DNA of 64,000 bases. It comes from Macrostomum lignano. Taxonomy: Eukaryota. Numbering within the stretch: the first letter of the stretch is position 1; every line of letters starts with the position of its first letter. The position numbers and the translations under genes are program-made. The notes under the pieces were generated by a model that saw nothing but the letters and a program-made list of their open reading frames with translations, did no database searches and was not told the DNA's origin. The stretch is from the NCBI GenBank assembly GCA_002269645.1, contig NIVC01001499.1, positions 186,001 to 250,000 of the forward strand, written 5' to 3'. Shown here piece by piece: positions 36,053 to 48,812 of this stretch.

Positions 36053-37630
36053 ACTTGCGTCTCGAATGTGTTTAGTGTGCTAACAGTGTTCACTGGGGTT
36101 GAGCAAGAATGCATCTATAACCTTACTGTACAAGCACCTGTGTTGCCGTCTAAATCAATGCATATTCCTGGTATTTTCTTTTTTGAATAATCTCCAACTC
36201 TTATCTCACCGAGTCACCGTCTCTCGTTCAAATCTGATCTTCCAATGTCTCTATAGTTTCGAATCACACTTTCATCTATTTTGTCACACCTTTTCCACTC
36301 TTTAAAGTCAGTCCTATCTTATTGGTTAGTTTCCTATTCAACGTATTGAGTATTATTTTTCACAATCAATATTCGTACTATATGCATATATTCGTATACG
36401 CTGCCCTATACTAACTGTTGATTGCTACTTACAGTAGGATAAAACGCGCTAAAACTCTTTCAGTTGCAGCTCAGTTTATAATCCCGATAAATAGGAAGCA
36501 ATAAAAACTTGCATATCTAGTATATCCTCTATTTTACTTATAGTAGTAGTTTAAGCAAAAGGTTATTCAGACATCGGTTAGTGATTTTTCAGTGTCTAGC
36601 ATTTTTTGATTTTGTTAGTGTTTTACTTTTTTATCATTCAGTTCCGTAACTTGCTATACAACCTACTAAAATGTGTCCACTAACTATACTGTATTTGTTA
36701 TGACTTTAAATAACTTGAATAAACTTGATTTCAATTTAATAGCTCATTTCAGTTGGTTTGAATTCAAATAAATTTCTTGTTCTCTTTCAATCTTCGTTCC
36801 ACCTCTATCTTAAAATTTTAGAAAACAAAGCTTTTATTAAAAGTTAGGTTAGTCTTTAATATAAGAGTTAGAAGTGAACTTATAATGCAAAGTTTTATAA
36901 ATTTATAAATTAGTATTTTACTGATAAAAATCACAAAACGCATGCTCTAGTCTGGTAAAAAATGAAAAGTCCAGGATATATGCATCAACCAGTAAGAATT
37001 ATAGTAAACAGCAAATAAACTCATAAGGCAGAAGAAGCAAGTGTTAAAAAGTTAACATGCTCATACAATTAATTATTGACATTGAAATGTTATGATATTC
37101 TAGTATTTTTTCTGTTACATAAATACAAAGTATTGTTTAATGCCCTTTAATGGATTAGATTTCAGCATAGATATTGTAAGTTCAATTACAACCAATATAA
37201 TTATATTTAGCTTGGTAATTGGTATATAAGTAATTTGTTAAGCATGTCTGACTTCAAAATGATTTTACCTTTTACAGAGCCAGGTGAGAGAAAGATCGAT
37301 TAAAAATATAAACTTAAAAATTTCGGAAATTTTAGTGTTTATTTTCATTGAAAACCTAAAGTTTGTTTTTATACAAAATTCCATTAGGATATTCGATTTT
37401 TTAAAATTAGACTCCTTTTAAAAGAAGAAAAAAGAAAAAAGTAAGAAAGTGTACGATACAGATAAACACTGCTAAGATTGACAGACTGTTGTGATAATAT
37501 GTTTATTATTACAAATTTTCGTATGCTCTGTCACTACTAATGCACAGCCAAATATTAAATAGCTATCTAGTATTTTATCATATTTAAAGTTCCTGTGTCT
37601 TAGATGTTACAGCAAACAAAAAGCAAACTG

Positions 37631-38229
37631 TTAGGACTTGTGAGAGTTGCAACACCATTGAAATGAGTCAGCCTGGCTAAGCTTCTTCCTGTTGGAGACA
37701 CTTGTCCAAGAGCATTGGCAGCAGTATGCTGTGTGCTGCGGCGAATTAGATAGCTTCTTACTCAAGTTTTGCCTGTCAGGCATGAAGTTCCGAAAGAACA
37801 TATAGTTTACAGACGATACCCAATGTTGACCGCGGAAAATTAAAACTTGAAAGTCGCACTTCATGCAATGCATATTGTCACAGGCTTTCTCCTGCATTAG
37901 GCTACAATGCCCATACTCCATCTCCTTTGGACCAGCCAGAAAAATAGACCTACACTTCAAAGTAGGTGTTTCATTCGAGTAGTCTTTGGCGGTCAGCGGT
38001 GCTTCAGTCGAAGATTTCTGTGGATGTGACTTGCTTTTCTTGCTATCAGATTCGATTTCGTCAAGAGATTTGAGCAGGTCGCTAGCATCGCTAGTTTTGT
38101 TGCAGTTGTAGAGTTCACCTTAGTTGAATTGTTGGTCTTCACAGAGTTCACAGGAGTCAAAGTGGACTTTTTTTGCAATGAGCCTTCAATTTGATCCAGC
38201 AGATCGTCAACGTCATCTATTCCAGCCAT
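37631..38229 (-). CDS. CFAP418: CFAP418 / C8orf37 (retinal maintenance domain) homolog, single coding exon with apparent 1-nt frameshift near 38095
   Basis: Starts MAGIDDVDDLLDQIE (ATG 38229); continues in another frame as SDLLKSLDEIES...KCRSIFLAG...CDNMHCMKCDFQV...HTAYCCQCSW...QWCCNSHKS*. The span is 599 nt; adding one A in the run at 38095-38098 gives a 199-aa protein. Confidence 0.88.
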
Positions 38230-39819
38230 TTCAGCTTCTTTCATATAACTAATAGAAAAAATATGCCTGAAGTAAGTACGTTGAAATGCTGACAAAGCAA
38301 AAGATTTATTTATGCTGAAGGTTTATTTTTTCATACTATAATTACAAATAAATAAAAACACTAAATAGAAAAACGACGAAAAATATTTTATTTATTTTTA
38401 TGAAATAACTACAAAACTTTGTTATTCTTTAACAAAACGTTATAAAGTACGGAATAAGTTGAAACCTAAATTGCTAGTATTCCGCATTGGGACGAAAGTT
38501 ACAAATTGCTTAGTCGCTTAAGAGCCCTGACTCGAAGAAAGATCGATTTTTATTATAAATTCATATTAATTTATTGCGTTCATTAAATTTGACTTTCTTA
38601 ATTAGTAGCTAATCCTAAATTAGTCTAAAAACTGAAGATTTTTGATTGCACGAGGAGATATTTTTAATATCTTCTTGATATTTTGTACCTGTAATACAAA
38701 ACCAACATTCACGTATTACGTTGCTAGTATCCTTGTAGAATCCTCAATTAAATAAATGAAAGATTTTTTAATTGCACTAAAATATTGATTTTTGTGAATG
38801 GAACAGTAGGACAGTAGTAGCAAAAATCCTGAATATATATTTACTACAAAAACACCGTAAAGCACCGGAGATAAATTTGTCTTAACTTCAAGATTAACAA
38901 ATTTCTGCATAATTATAAGTTGAATTTCGGGATTGCATGAGTTACAGATATCTTGCAAAGCTTTGAAACTCACATTCAAACAAGTGAACAAAAATATTGT
39001 TACATTTTTTTTTCTAGGATAAACTCAAGATGTATTGAACCAGATAGATTGCGTTGACTGTACTGTACCTGCGTGGAAATACAAGTAAAGTTTCGGAACA
39101 AAAAACACAAGTCATGGTTGGTTTTACTTCTAAAATTTAAGCCGATAAATTATAGTCAAACAATTATTTTCGATTACACTATTGAACTTAGAAAGGTTTT
39201 TTACTGAAATTGAAACGGAGTGTTAACCAAATCGATTTCATTTATAATAATTTAAAAATAAAATACAAAGTATTTGACTTAATGCAATCCAGAATAATAA
39301 CACAAAAAGTGATCATATTATATTAACCTTGAAACTTTATTACAACACAAAAATGGCATAACAGCCACAGAAGAATTAGAAGTAGAGATAAGCGGGAATA
39401 CATCGGATGCATGCCACAACAGAGATTGATTTCTGGTCGAATATATTTATGCCTCATATTTACAAATCAGAATGTAGATATTTATAAACTTTATAGACTA
39501 CTTGTACTATAAAGCGTGAGCGCAACTATACCGAGGATCAAAGCAGATTTAATGTTTAAGGCAGCAAGGTAAGATTCAGCGATAGAAGCTTACAATTTAT
39601 TATTTAAATTCGCGCGAAAAAAAATCGAAATCTTATGACATCTCGTTTTCAGGGTTGCTAAAAGCAAACTAGGCCTTATTACAGTTAATGTGGTGACAAA
39701 AATTAAGACATTGGAATAAGAGCGTTTGAATAGGCATAAAACATTTAGCTCGTATAATTGATCCGTAATTTAATGTCACGTAGAAAAAATGTAGTACCTC
39801 TCAGGCATTCGATCAATAA

Positions 39820-42800
39820 TCACAAAGCGAATAACGTATCCTCTGGTTGGTCGTCTCGGTGCTTAAGCGTACGCGAACGATCCGACGAAGAAGCAGCGGT
39901 GCCAGCGCTAGTATAGTTCTGTTGCTGTTGCTGTTGAAGAAACAAGTTGAAATCCGAGCTAGAAACGCCTGACGTAGCTGTCTGGGATGCCGCTCCCCCC
40001 GCTGTTGCTATGCCGGTGCGCTGAGCCAGGCCGTTCTGCAGGCCGGTCGCCAGCTGCTGGCCACCGTCAGTGGCGCCTGCGTAGGCGGCAGCCCCGCTCA
40101 TGCCAGCTCGGTTGCGATCGAATGCCTGAGAGGCAGGTAGATTCAAGTAAAAAGCATCAGATATGAGATTACTTGCTACTATTAAAGAGCTTGAAAATCC
40201 CCGGGTTATTCCAAAAAATCACGACAGTTTCAGCTGAAGGATGTAGGGTGCTCATTGCTCATACTAAAGCCTTCAGGAAAATCTGGCACGGTGCCCCAAC
40301 AACTGACTGAGGATCTGGAAGGCTCCGTGGAGCATTCCAGTCTCTAGGAGGATACTCACGAGTAAGGGCTGGCCCAGGAACTGAGAATCTGGGAGGCTGG
40401 CCCAGCAACTGACACTCTTGGAAGTGGCCCAGCAACTGACACTCTTGGAAGTGGCCCAGCAACTGACACTCTGGGAGGCTGGCCCAGCAACTGACACTCT
40501 GGGAGGCTGGCCCAGCAACTGACACTCTGGGAGGCTGGCCTAGCAACTGACACTCTTGGAAGTGGCCCAGCAACTGACACTCTGGGAGGCTGGCCCAGCA
40601 ACTGACACTCTGGGAGGCTGGCCCAGCAACTGACACTCTGGGAGGCTGGCCCAGCAACTGACACTCTGGGAGGCTGGCCTAGCAACTGAGGATCTGGGAG
40701 GCTGGCCAAGCAACTGACACTCTTGGAGGCTGGCCAAGCAACTGATGAGATCTGAGAGGCTGGCCCAGCAACTGATGAGATGTGGGAGGCTGACCCAGCA
40801 ACTGACACTCTTGGAGGCTGGCCCAGCAACTGACACTCTTGGAGGCTGGCCCAGCAACTGACACTCTGGAGGCTGACCCAGCAAACTGACACTCTGGGAG
40901 GCTGGCCCAGCAACTGAGGATCTGGGAGGCTGGCCCAGCAACTGAGGATCTGGGAGGGCTTACTAAAGAATAAAACAATGCATCTATGCTCAGCTAGCCG
41001 CTAACAGTACCTGCCGACTGCTAGCAAACATGTCAAATTCATCAGACTGTTCCAATGGCTGCTGCTGTTGCACAGATTGCGAACCGGCTTGGGTAATCTG
41101 GAGGCCAGCCAACTGCTGCCCAATGGATGACGGCTTCGGCTCGTCTGGTGTAGAGAAATCAATCAGCGGTGCCGCCTGCGGCTCGGGAGGCTGCGATGAA
41201 GCTGGAACCGGAGGCGGCTGCTGCAGAGCATCAGGCCGATTGAACATGGGATTAAATGAAGGCTGCTGTTGTTGTTGTTGCACTTGTGGTTGCCTGCGGA
41301 ATAAATAAAATGAACGAATATTAGCATCAAACAGTACCACGGGAGGTACCTTTTTAAGGTTCATATGGATAATTCGAAAGTTACATTTGAATGTCAGTAG
41401 ACTTTAAACTCAGTGATATTGAAAGTTTCTGTAACTAAAAGACATTTACGGTTGGCCATACTTGATGCTTAGTCAAAATTCAGAGTTGCTCATAAATTAT
41501 GGGTTGGTCATGCGTAGTAGTAGGTCATACTTAGGAGCTGGTCATATTAAAGGGTTGATCATAATGAGGAGTTGGTCATAAACTATGGTTTGCTCATGTT
41601 TTGGAGTTGGTCATACTCAAGAGTTGGTCATACTTAACAGTAAGTCATGCATAGGAGTAATTGGTCATACTTAGGAGTAATTGGTCATACTTAGGAGTAA
41701 TTGGTCATGCATAGGAGTAATTGGTCATGCTTAGGAGTTGGTCATAAATTACGGGTTGCTCATATTTTAGAGTCGGTCATAGTTAGGCGTTGGTCATAAC
41801 TTGATAAGCTATCAAACTTAAAGAAAACAAACCTATTCGCCTCTCGATAACGTTCGAACCGATCGAATCGCAGAAATCCGTTGTTTAAATCGTCATTGAT
41901 ACGCAGCAGCTCTCCGACAACTTCGTCGTTGGCTATGACGTCCACTAGTTCAACAATTCTCTGCTGCATCTGCCGGTTAGTGCGATTTAACTCTTGCAGC
42001 AGTGACAGGTCCTCCGGTTGCACTGAGTCTGGTGACAGCTCGTTCAGCATCTCGTTGAATACCTGATTGTGTGATGGGGCAAAATGCAATTGTATACAAT
42101 CGTAATCATGATGATGATGCTCATATAGTCAAAATAATAACAACCATGATGATCATATAGTCACAATACTCATAACCATAATGATGATCATATAGTCACA
42201 ATTCTCATAACCATGATGATGATCATATAGTCACAATACTCACAATCATGATGATGTTCATATAGTCACAATACTCATAACCATGATGATGATCATATAG
42301 TCACAGTACTCATAACCATGATGATGTTCATATAGTCACAATACTCATTTTATTAAAATGCTCAATAAAAGTCACAAGACTTAAAAAAAAGTAATTCGTA
42401 CTGTTAATACTCCTGCTCCTAAAGAAGATACTAATAGACTCACTATGCTCATAACAAAACTTTCGGTTAATCACCTTAACATTTCCAAGCACAATGTCCA
42501 ATTCTGAGCGCAGCTTAGCCAACTGTTCAGGACTAGGCGTTGCGATTGGTCTCGATCTTTGACCGGACACCTGTTGATGCTGCTGATGAGGCTGAGTAGA
42601 GTGATGCTGCTGCTGCTGTTTAGACTGCTGCTGCGGACGTCGATTTGGCGATACGGGGCCAGAATCGGCGCCAAAGTCGTTGCTAGGGAGAACAGCTATC
42701 GAATCGTGATTAGTAGAAGCGGCAGCTGCAGAGGCTGCGGATCTGGCTGGGGTGTTGATCGGCGCCATGGAGTCCAGATCGGTCATAGGAAATTCGACGC

Positions 42801-43249
42801 CTTTGCTGCGCAATTCCTCAACCAGACGCTCGACTTCGCGCAGTTCTGGCCGACCGCGAAACGCATCCGACCAGGCTTGGAGCAGGCCGAGCACTCGGTC
42901 CTGGATCTGCTGCGGCGGCTCGTTCTTGGGGCTGATGAGGCGGACCAGCTCGTCCAGGAAGTCGCGTCTGGGAACGGAGATTTCAGAGGGCGGCGAATGG
43001 GGTGATTTTAATCCTATCTGACGGCTAAGTAATGCAGCTGTCTGTCTATCTATCTATCTATCTATCTATTTATCTATCTAGCTATCTATCTATCTATCTA
43101 TCTATCTATCCATCTATCTGTCTATCTATCTATCTGTTCATCTATCTATCTATCTGTCTATCTATCTTTCTATCTATCTATCTATCTATCTGTCTATCTG
43201 TCTATCTATCTATATATCTATCTATCTATCTATATATATATCTATCTAC

Positions 43250-43289
<40 letters not shown>

Positions 43290-43341
43290 ATATATATATA
43301 TCTATCTATCTATCCATCTATCTATCTATCTATTTATCTAT

Positions 43342-43399
<58 letters not shown>

Positions 43400-43487
43400 G
43401 TCTATCTATCTATCTATCTGTCTATCTATCTATCTATCTATCTGTCCATCTATCTATCTATCTATCTATCTGTCCATCGATCTGTCC

Positions 43488-43536
<49 letters not shown>

Positions 43537-43537
43537 C

Positions 43538-43599
<62 letters not shown>

Positions 43600-43939
43600 G
43601 TTTATTTACCAAAAGATCAGCCAAATGGATCAACAAAAATAAGAACTCACTTAGCAACCAGCAGGTGAAATCTGAATCCGCAATTCTTGACGCAAGTCTC
43701 CAGCACACTCAGACTGTACTGGACAGCACTGTTGCTGCGCCCAGCCGATGTTGTTAATCGTCGACGAAGCGCTCGAAGAGCATCGCGAGGCCCCTCTTCT
43801 AATTCGTTAACAGCATCGCATACGGCCATTAGCAGAGCCCAATCCTCTCCTGATTGGGCCCATCGGTGGCCCGTTCAACCAACTGACCAACTGGTGTAGA
43901 AAATGGATTGCCTTGCAGAATGTTTGACACAGTCTGCAT
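39820..43939 (-). CDS. TOM1: TOM1 / TOM1L2 (VHS + GAT domain endosomal adaptor) with apparent 1-nt frameshift near 43860
   Basis: Exons 43939-43651, 42967-42475, 42062-41833, 41293-41011, 40125-39820. VHS: [18 protein letters not shown] / [27 protein letters not shown]...[33 protein letters not shown]: [20 protein letters not shown]...[11 protein letters not shown]-terminal LFAL*. Exon 1 is 289 nt but needs 290 nt for phase, which independently indicates one missing base. Confidence 0.92.
40365..40955 (-). repeat. 28/31-bp minisatellite CAGTTGCTGGGCCAGCCTCCCAGAGTGT (TOM1 intron)
   Basis: Same unit as 60350-61345, in inverted orientation. Confidence 0.95.
41450..41805. repeat. Diverged 17-20-bp repeat GGAGTTGGTCATACTTA (TOM1 intron)
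   Basis: Direct inspection. Confidence 0.8.
42105..42348. repeat. ~35-bp minisatellite CATATAGTCACAATACTCATAACCATGATGATGAT (TOM1 intron)
   Basis: Direct inspection. Confidence 0.85.
43045..43600. repeat. (TATC)n microsatellite (TOM1 intron)
   Basis: Direct inspection. Confidence 0.97.
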
Positions 43940-45052
43940 GCTTGTTTGATTTTCCCAATTCTCGATTGTAAACAATTTATATCGAATAGCTTAGCTAAAG
44001 AGGTCTGGCAGGAAAAATCAAAGGCATGAAGTGATAGCATTTTGAGTAAGATAGCTAGTTATTCACCAGATAAGTTTGTCATATAGATTTCAGTAGTCTA
44101 GATTAGGCTCTACTTGGAGCATTATTATTATTGTTTGGCTTTCTTGCTTCTAAGGGCAGACATAAGTAGTTACATTTGGTGCAGTAGCTAAAGTTGAGGC
44201 AGCCTTATTTATTTTACAAGCGTATTTACCAGACAGGCCAAATCATTCACCCACTAATTGAGCAGTAGAGAATGCACAACAATTAGTTAATACAACAAGC
44301 TGTCTATGGCCAAAGCTCTATTAACTGCCTACAAATTATGGTAGGCAGTGAAGGCCATTAATTGCCTAAGCATTCTAAAGTTTATTATAAACAATACTAA
44401 AACAAATATATGGTATATTTTTGCAACCAACAAAACCATATGCATAATGACATTGTCTTATGAATGTATTTTGATTGGCCTTTAACAATTATTTCAAAGC
44501 ATTTTAATAATGACAAGCTGTTGAAACCCGCGGATTTTGAACCCGGGGAATTTCAATCCCTAGAACTATTTTTGCATGTATTCTAAAATCTGAGGTCTAA
44601 CTCAAACAAAAACTTGTTAATAGTTACGAAAGAGTTAAACATAAAATAGAGTACACATTTGTGTAAAATTAGGATTTGAGGCAAACATTGATATTGTTGG
44701 CTAGGGTGCTGCGCAGAATGTCAGGCAAACTCTGGCAGTCTGGCTGGCCTCTGCCTCTGCATCTGCCTCTCTGTCTCCTTTTGCCCCTTGGATCCTTTGA
44801 AATTTCTATCTTCTCTTCTGTTTCCTCTCTTCTCTCTCGTCTCTTGTCTCTTCCTTCTCTTCTCACTCCTTACTCTACCTTTTCAACACTTCCTTCATCT
44901 ACTCCTCTCCCCTTTCTCATCTCTTCTCTCAACTCTCTCCTCTCCTCTCTCCACTCTCTCCTCTCATCTCTTTCCTCACCTCTTTTCTCTCTTATCTCTT
45001 CCCATTACTCTCTGCTTGCTCCTCTCTCTTTCTGTCTCTGTCTCTCTCTCTT

Positions 45053-45117
<65 letters not shown>

Positions 45118-45139
45118 GGGACCAACAACCAATCTGGGT

Positions 45140-45851
45140 TTGCTTCCTAAAGGGTTCCATCCCTGTGGGTCATCACGCTGCAAATGCTGCACCCACTCAC
45201 CACCTGCTCTCTCCGCCCAGGGGCTGAAACCGGCTTCCGGTTTTTTAATCTCTCAGAGCCTGTCCTGTGGCTCCAAGAACATCATCTATGGCATCTCCTG
45301 CAACCAGTGCCACCCTGGGAAGATCTTCTATGTAGGGATGACAAGAAGAACAATGAGATAGAATGAACCAACACAGGTCAAATATTAACAGGAGGGTCGT
45401 GACTTCGGGATCAGAGCTCTTTCTCACCCCCAATCACTCGATTGCAAACTTTGTCTCCATTGCTATCGAACAAATTCTTAATAACAACAAAATCGAACTT
45501 AGGGAAGAAATCTGGATTAAAAAACTGGGGACTGACAAACCGCCGGGTACGAACATCAGGGTTGACAATCATCTTCTCCGACCCATCCCATTGGTCCTTC
45601 CTTTTCACCCATCTACGGTCTGGCTTGCCAACGAGATTGCTAAAAACTTTGATAAGCTACAAAATAAACCAGGCTCCCGCATACTGCCCGCATTTACACG
45701 GCAACGTAACTTACAAAGCCTGAAAGCCTGGCGCCCAATAGGTTCAAGTCTCAGCCAGGAAACCATTGAATATTTTAACCAATGCGCTATTTGTACCTAT
45801 AGAACTACAATATTTATTCACTTTGTCGTGTATTTTATTCAAACTGCTTGA
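45140..45851 (+). pseudogene. Penelope-type GIY-YIG endonuclease fragment, frameshifted at about 45359
   Basis: GFHPCGSSRCKCC zinc knuckle, CGSKNIIYGISCNQC...FYVGMTRRTMR, then +1 frame RMNQHRSNI...NH...ELREEIWIKKLGT..PPGTN; catalytic Y/R/E/N residues recognisable. No ATG upstream in frame. Confidence 0.85.
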
Positions 45852-46113
45852 TTGTACGCGCAAATATCGATTTTTATGCTCCCACCCTCAATACCGCATT
45901 TTATTTAATCGTACTTCGAAAAAACAATTTTTTAATATACTAAATATACCGTCGCTTAAACTGACCGGTTGAAAGCCTCTGGGACAAGTTAGAGCTAGAA
46001 TGAACCCAGTTTAAATGTACACCCCTCATATGTACAGCAGCTCAGCAATTTTATTTGACTGAGAAAACTAATACTTAAAAGACCAACTTGCACTGCATGA
46101 AACACTGATTTTT

Positions 46114-46151
46114 GGCCTGACGAAGAGCCCAGAGGCTCGAAACCGGTAGCC
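46114..46151 (+). ncRNA. Minimal type I hammerhead ribozyme motif (Penelope-associated type)
   Basis: GGC (stem I) CTGACGA A GAGCC-CAGA-GGCTC (stem II) GAAA CCGG TA| GCC (stem I'). Palindromic ACCGGT stem III; predicted cleavage after 46148. Confidence 0.8.
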
Positions 46152-46504
46152 CATATTAAATTAATTAGTCTTTTGATTTTTTAAACACGCCGTGACCTCT
46201 CTTCTCTCTCTCTCTCTCTCTAAAATTGAATATAAACATGACAGCAACCCCAGCCCATCTTTGCTTTAGACTACTAAGACCTCCCTTGTTGACCTGTATG
46301 GAAGAATGAGAGAGGGGGTCGTAAACATTCTGAAGGAAACTTATCCCTAGCCTTTCATTGCTGAATCGTGTCTGCGTGACTGGCATCAGCTTCGTATGCA
46401 ATCAACAAAGATTTTTATTACCCCCCTTCCCTTAATAAATTGGCTAGTAACATTAATAACTAATAATATTTAATAACATTAATAAACTAATAATTAATAA
46501 CTAA

Positions 46505-47480
46505 TAATCTCCTCTCTCATCCTTTCCCCTCTTTCCCTGTCCTCTCGATTCTCTCCCCTCCCCTCCCCTCCTCTTCCTCACTCACTTCTCTCTCCCTTTG
46601 TCTCACCTCTCCTCTTTTCTCTCTACTCTTCCATCTCTCGTCTGTTCACTCTTGTTTCTGCTCTCTTATCTCCCCTCTCTCATCTGTCATTACTCTCTTA
46701 TACTCGTGTGTTCTCTCACCTCTCTCCTCTGTACTCTTCTTTTTCCCCTCTTTTGACTCCTCTCTTTTCTTTCTCCTTTCTTCTCTTCTCTTCCCTCTTC
46801 TACTCTCTCCCTCTCTTGTCTTCTCTCTTCTCTCTCCACTCTCCTCTCTTCTCTCATATATCGTCTGTTCACTCTCACCTTTGCTCTCTCATCCCCCTTT
46901 CTCTTCTGTCATCTCTACTCTCCTCTCTCCTGTGTACTCTTCTCTTTCCCCTCTTGTATACTCTCTCCCCTCTATTCTCTTCTCCCGTCTCTCTGCACTC
47001 TGCTCTCTCTTCCTTCATCTCTCATCTCTACTCTCTCATCTTTCCTTTCATCTCTCCCATCTCTATAACCTCATCTCTTTCATCTCTCCTCCTCTTTCCT
47101 TTACTCTTCCCTTCCCTCTCTTCTCTCTCAACTCTCTTCTCACTCCACTCTCCCCCTCTTATCTACTCTCTTCCCTACCCTCTCTAATCTCTCCTCTCGA
47201 TCCTCTCTCATCTTCTCTCTGTTCTCTCATCTCTACTCTCTTCTCACTCTTCTCTACTCTCCTCTCCCATCGATCTTCTGTCTCATCTCTCCCCTCTTCT
47301 CTCTCCCTCTTCTCACCTTTACTATTTCCTCTCCCTCCTCTTGCTTCTTCCTCCCATATACTCTGCTGTCTGCTCTCTCCTTACCCCTCGTCTCTCCTAT
47401 TATCGTTTATCTTTTTTCTTACCCCCCTCTCGCCCCTCTTCCCTTTCTAATAGTCTATTCCTTCTCCTTTCTCATCTGGC
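46505..47480. repeat. CT-rich low-complexity tract (similar tracts at 31765-32100 and 44780-45115)
   Basis: Direct inspection. Confidence 0.85.
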
Positions 47481-47953
47481 CCGCACATAAGCTGGATACT
47501 GGATTCTTTATCTGCCTTTTGAAGTAAAAGTCTGCCCATTCCTGCTTGGAAAGCCAGTTTGTGGGACGTAGTACTCTCATGGCTGTTCTCATGCTTTGAT
47601 CATGTCATCTTTCTTGCCAATTTGCAGTCCTGAAAGGAATTTGTGTATTTTCAGCTCCACTGCAGTCTGCATCAGTCTAACTAACAACCAAGGAAATACG
47701 CATTTCTTAGGAGGACATTTAAAATTTAAAGTACTTTTAAGAGAAACCTAAAATTTCCATGGTGTGACTAATTTAGTAGGGTTGTATTGCATTGCATCGC
47801 CTTTTCATAAATCTTTCGCTTTTACAAACCATGCTGGATTCCCTCGATTTGCCATCCACTGTTAAACTGCTGCAGAGTTTGCCAATACAGAGGACAGTGG
47901 TTAGAATTTCTCACTAAACTGTCATGGCTAAACGTAGCCTCTCCACTCGCGGG

Positions 47954-48812
47954 TAGGGATTCCAATCCCGGGATCCCGGGATTGGGGCCAAAAATCCGGG
48001 ATTTGAATCCCGGGATTTTTTTGGGGATCGAATCCTAGGATTGCAAACGTCTGGGATCGGGATCCCGGGATTTCAAGGCCTTAATCCCGGGATTGGTCCG
48101 GGATTAGAACAACCTTTCAATGCCTAAATTAGATAATTTAAAGTCTAAACGTTTATTTGAATAATAAAACATTTATTTGTTTTTGCTGTTTCTCAATGAA
48201 ACGTTAAACATTTGCAAAGCTCCTGTCCTAATTGAGCTAAAAATTGTTAATGTGAACTGTAAATGATGGATAATTTAAACTTTTTTTCGTTTTCCACCAC
48301 GAGATGAGACTGAGACTCTAAGAGTCGCGAGAACATTACTACTGCACGCGGCACGCCGCACAGTCCGTCATGTATTATAATTTAAATTTTAATATTTTGA
48401 CAATTACCTACAAAGATTTTACTCTTGTTAGTTGTTACTTAGTCTTGTACTCGGGCATCTTGAAGTTTAGGTATTTGAAATATTCCAAATTGTGCAAAAA
48501 TCATGAGATTGCACAGAGACATCTTTCTAGGATACAGTAACAAAAGTCAACAATAAAAACTTACAAAATTTAGCTATATACCTAATCTTCAAGAGACCTT
48601 AGGGATTCCAATCCCGGGATCCCGGGATTGGGGCCAAAAATCCGGGATTTGAATCCCGGGATTTTTTTGGGGATCGAATCCCGGGATTTTTAATCCCGGG
48701 ATTTCAAAAGCACCGGGATTCCGGGATTTTGAATCCTGGGATTTCAACAGCATCGGGATTTCGGGACTATTCAATCCCGGGATTGTAAAATGTCAGGATT
48801 TTGGAATCCCTA
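47954..48812. mobile_element. Non-autonomous hAT-like DNA transposon, 859 bp, with internal duplicate of its left end
   Basis: 11-bp TIR TAGGGATTCCA / TGGAATCCCTA; 8-bp TSD CTCGCGGG / CTTGCGGG (7/8); many ATCCCGGGAT subterminal palindromes; left end repeated at 48600. Confidence 0.8.

Larger units (their letters stand above)
45116..46200 (+). mobile_element. 5'-truncated Penelope-like retroelement (GIY-YIG endonuclease + 3' hammerhead) inserted in a (TC)n tract
   Basis: Flanked by (TC)n at 45069-45115 and 46203-46221; contains the GIY-YIG reading frames and the hammerhead listed below; no reverse transcriptase in the window. Confidence 0.8.

Noticed and set aside
38090-43870. Programmed ribosomal frameshifting in CFAP418 and TOM1
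   Set aside because: No X-XXY-YYZ slippery heptamer or obvious downstream structure at either site; single deletions in short runs are more simply sequencing error.
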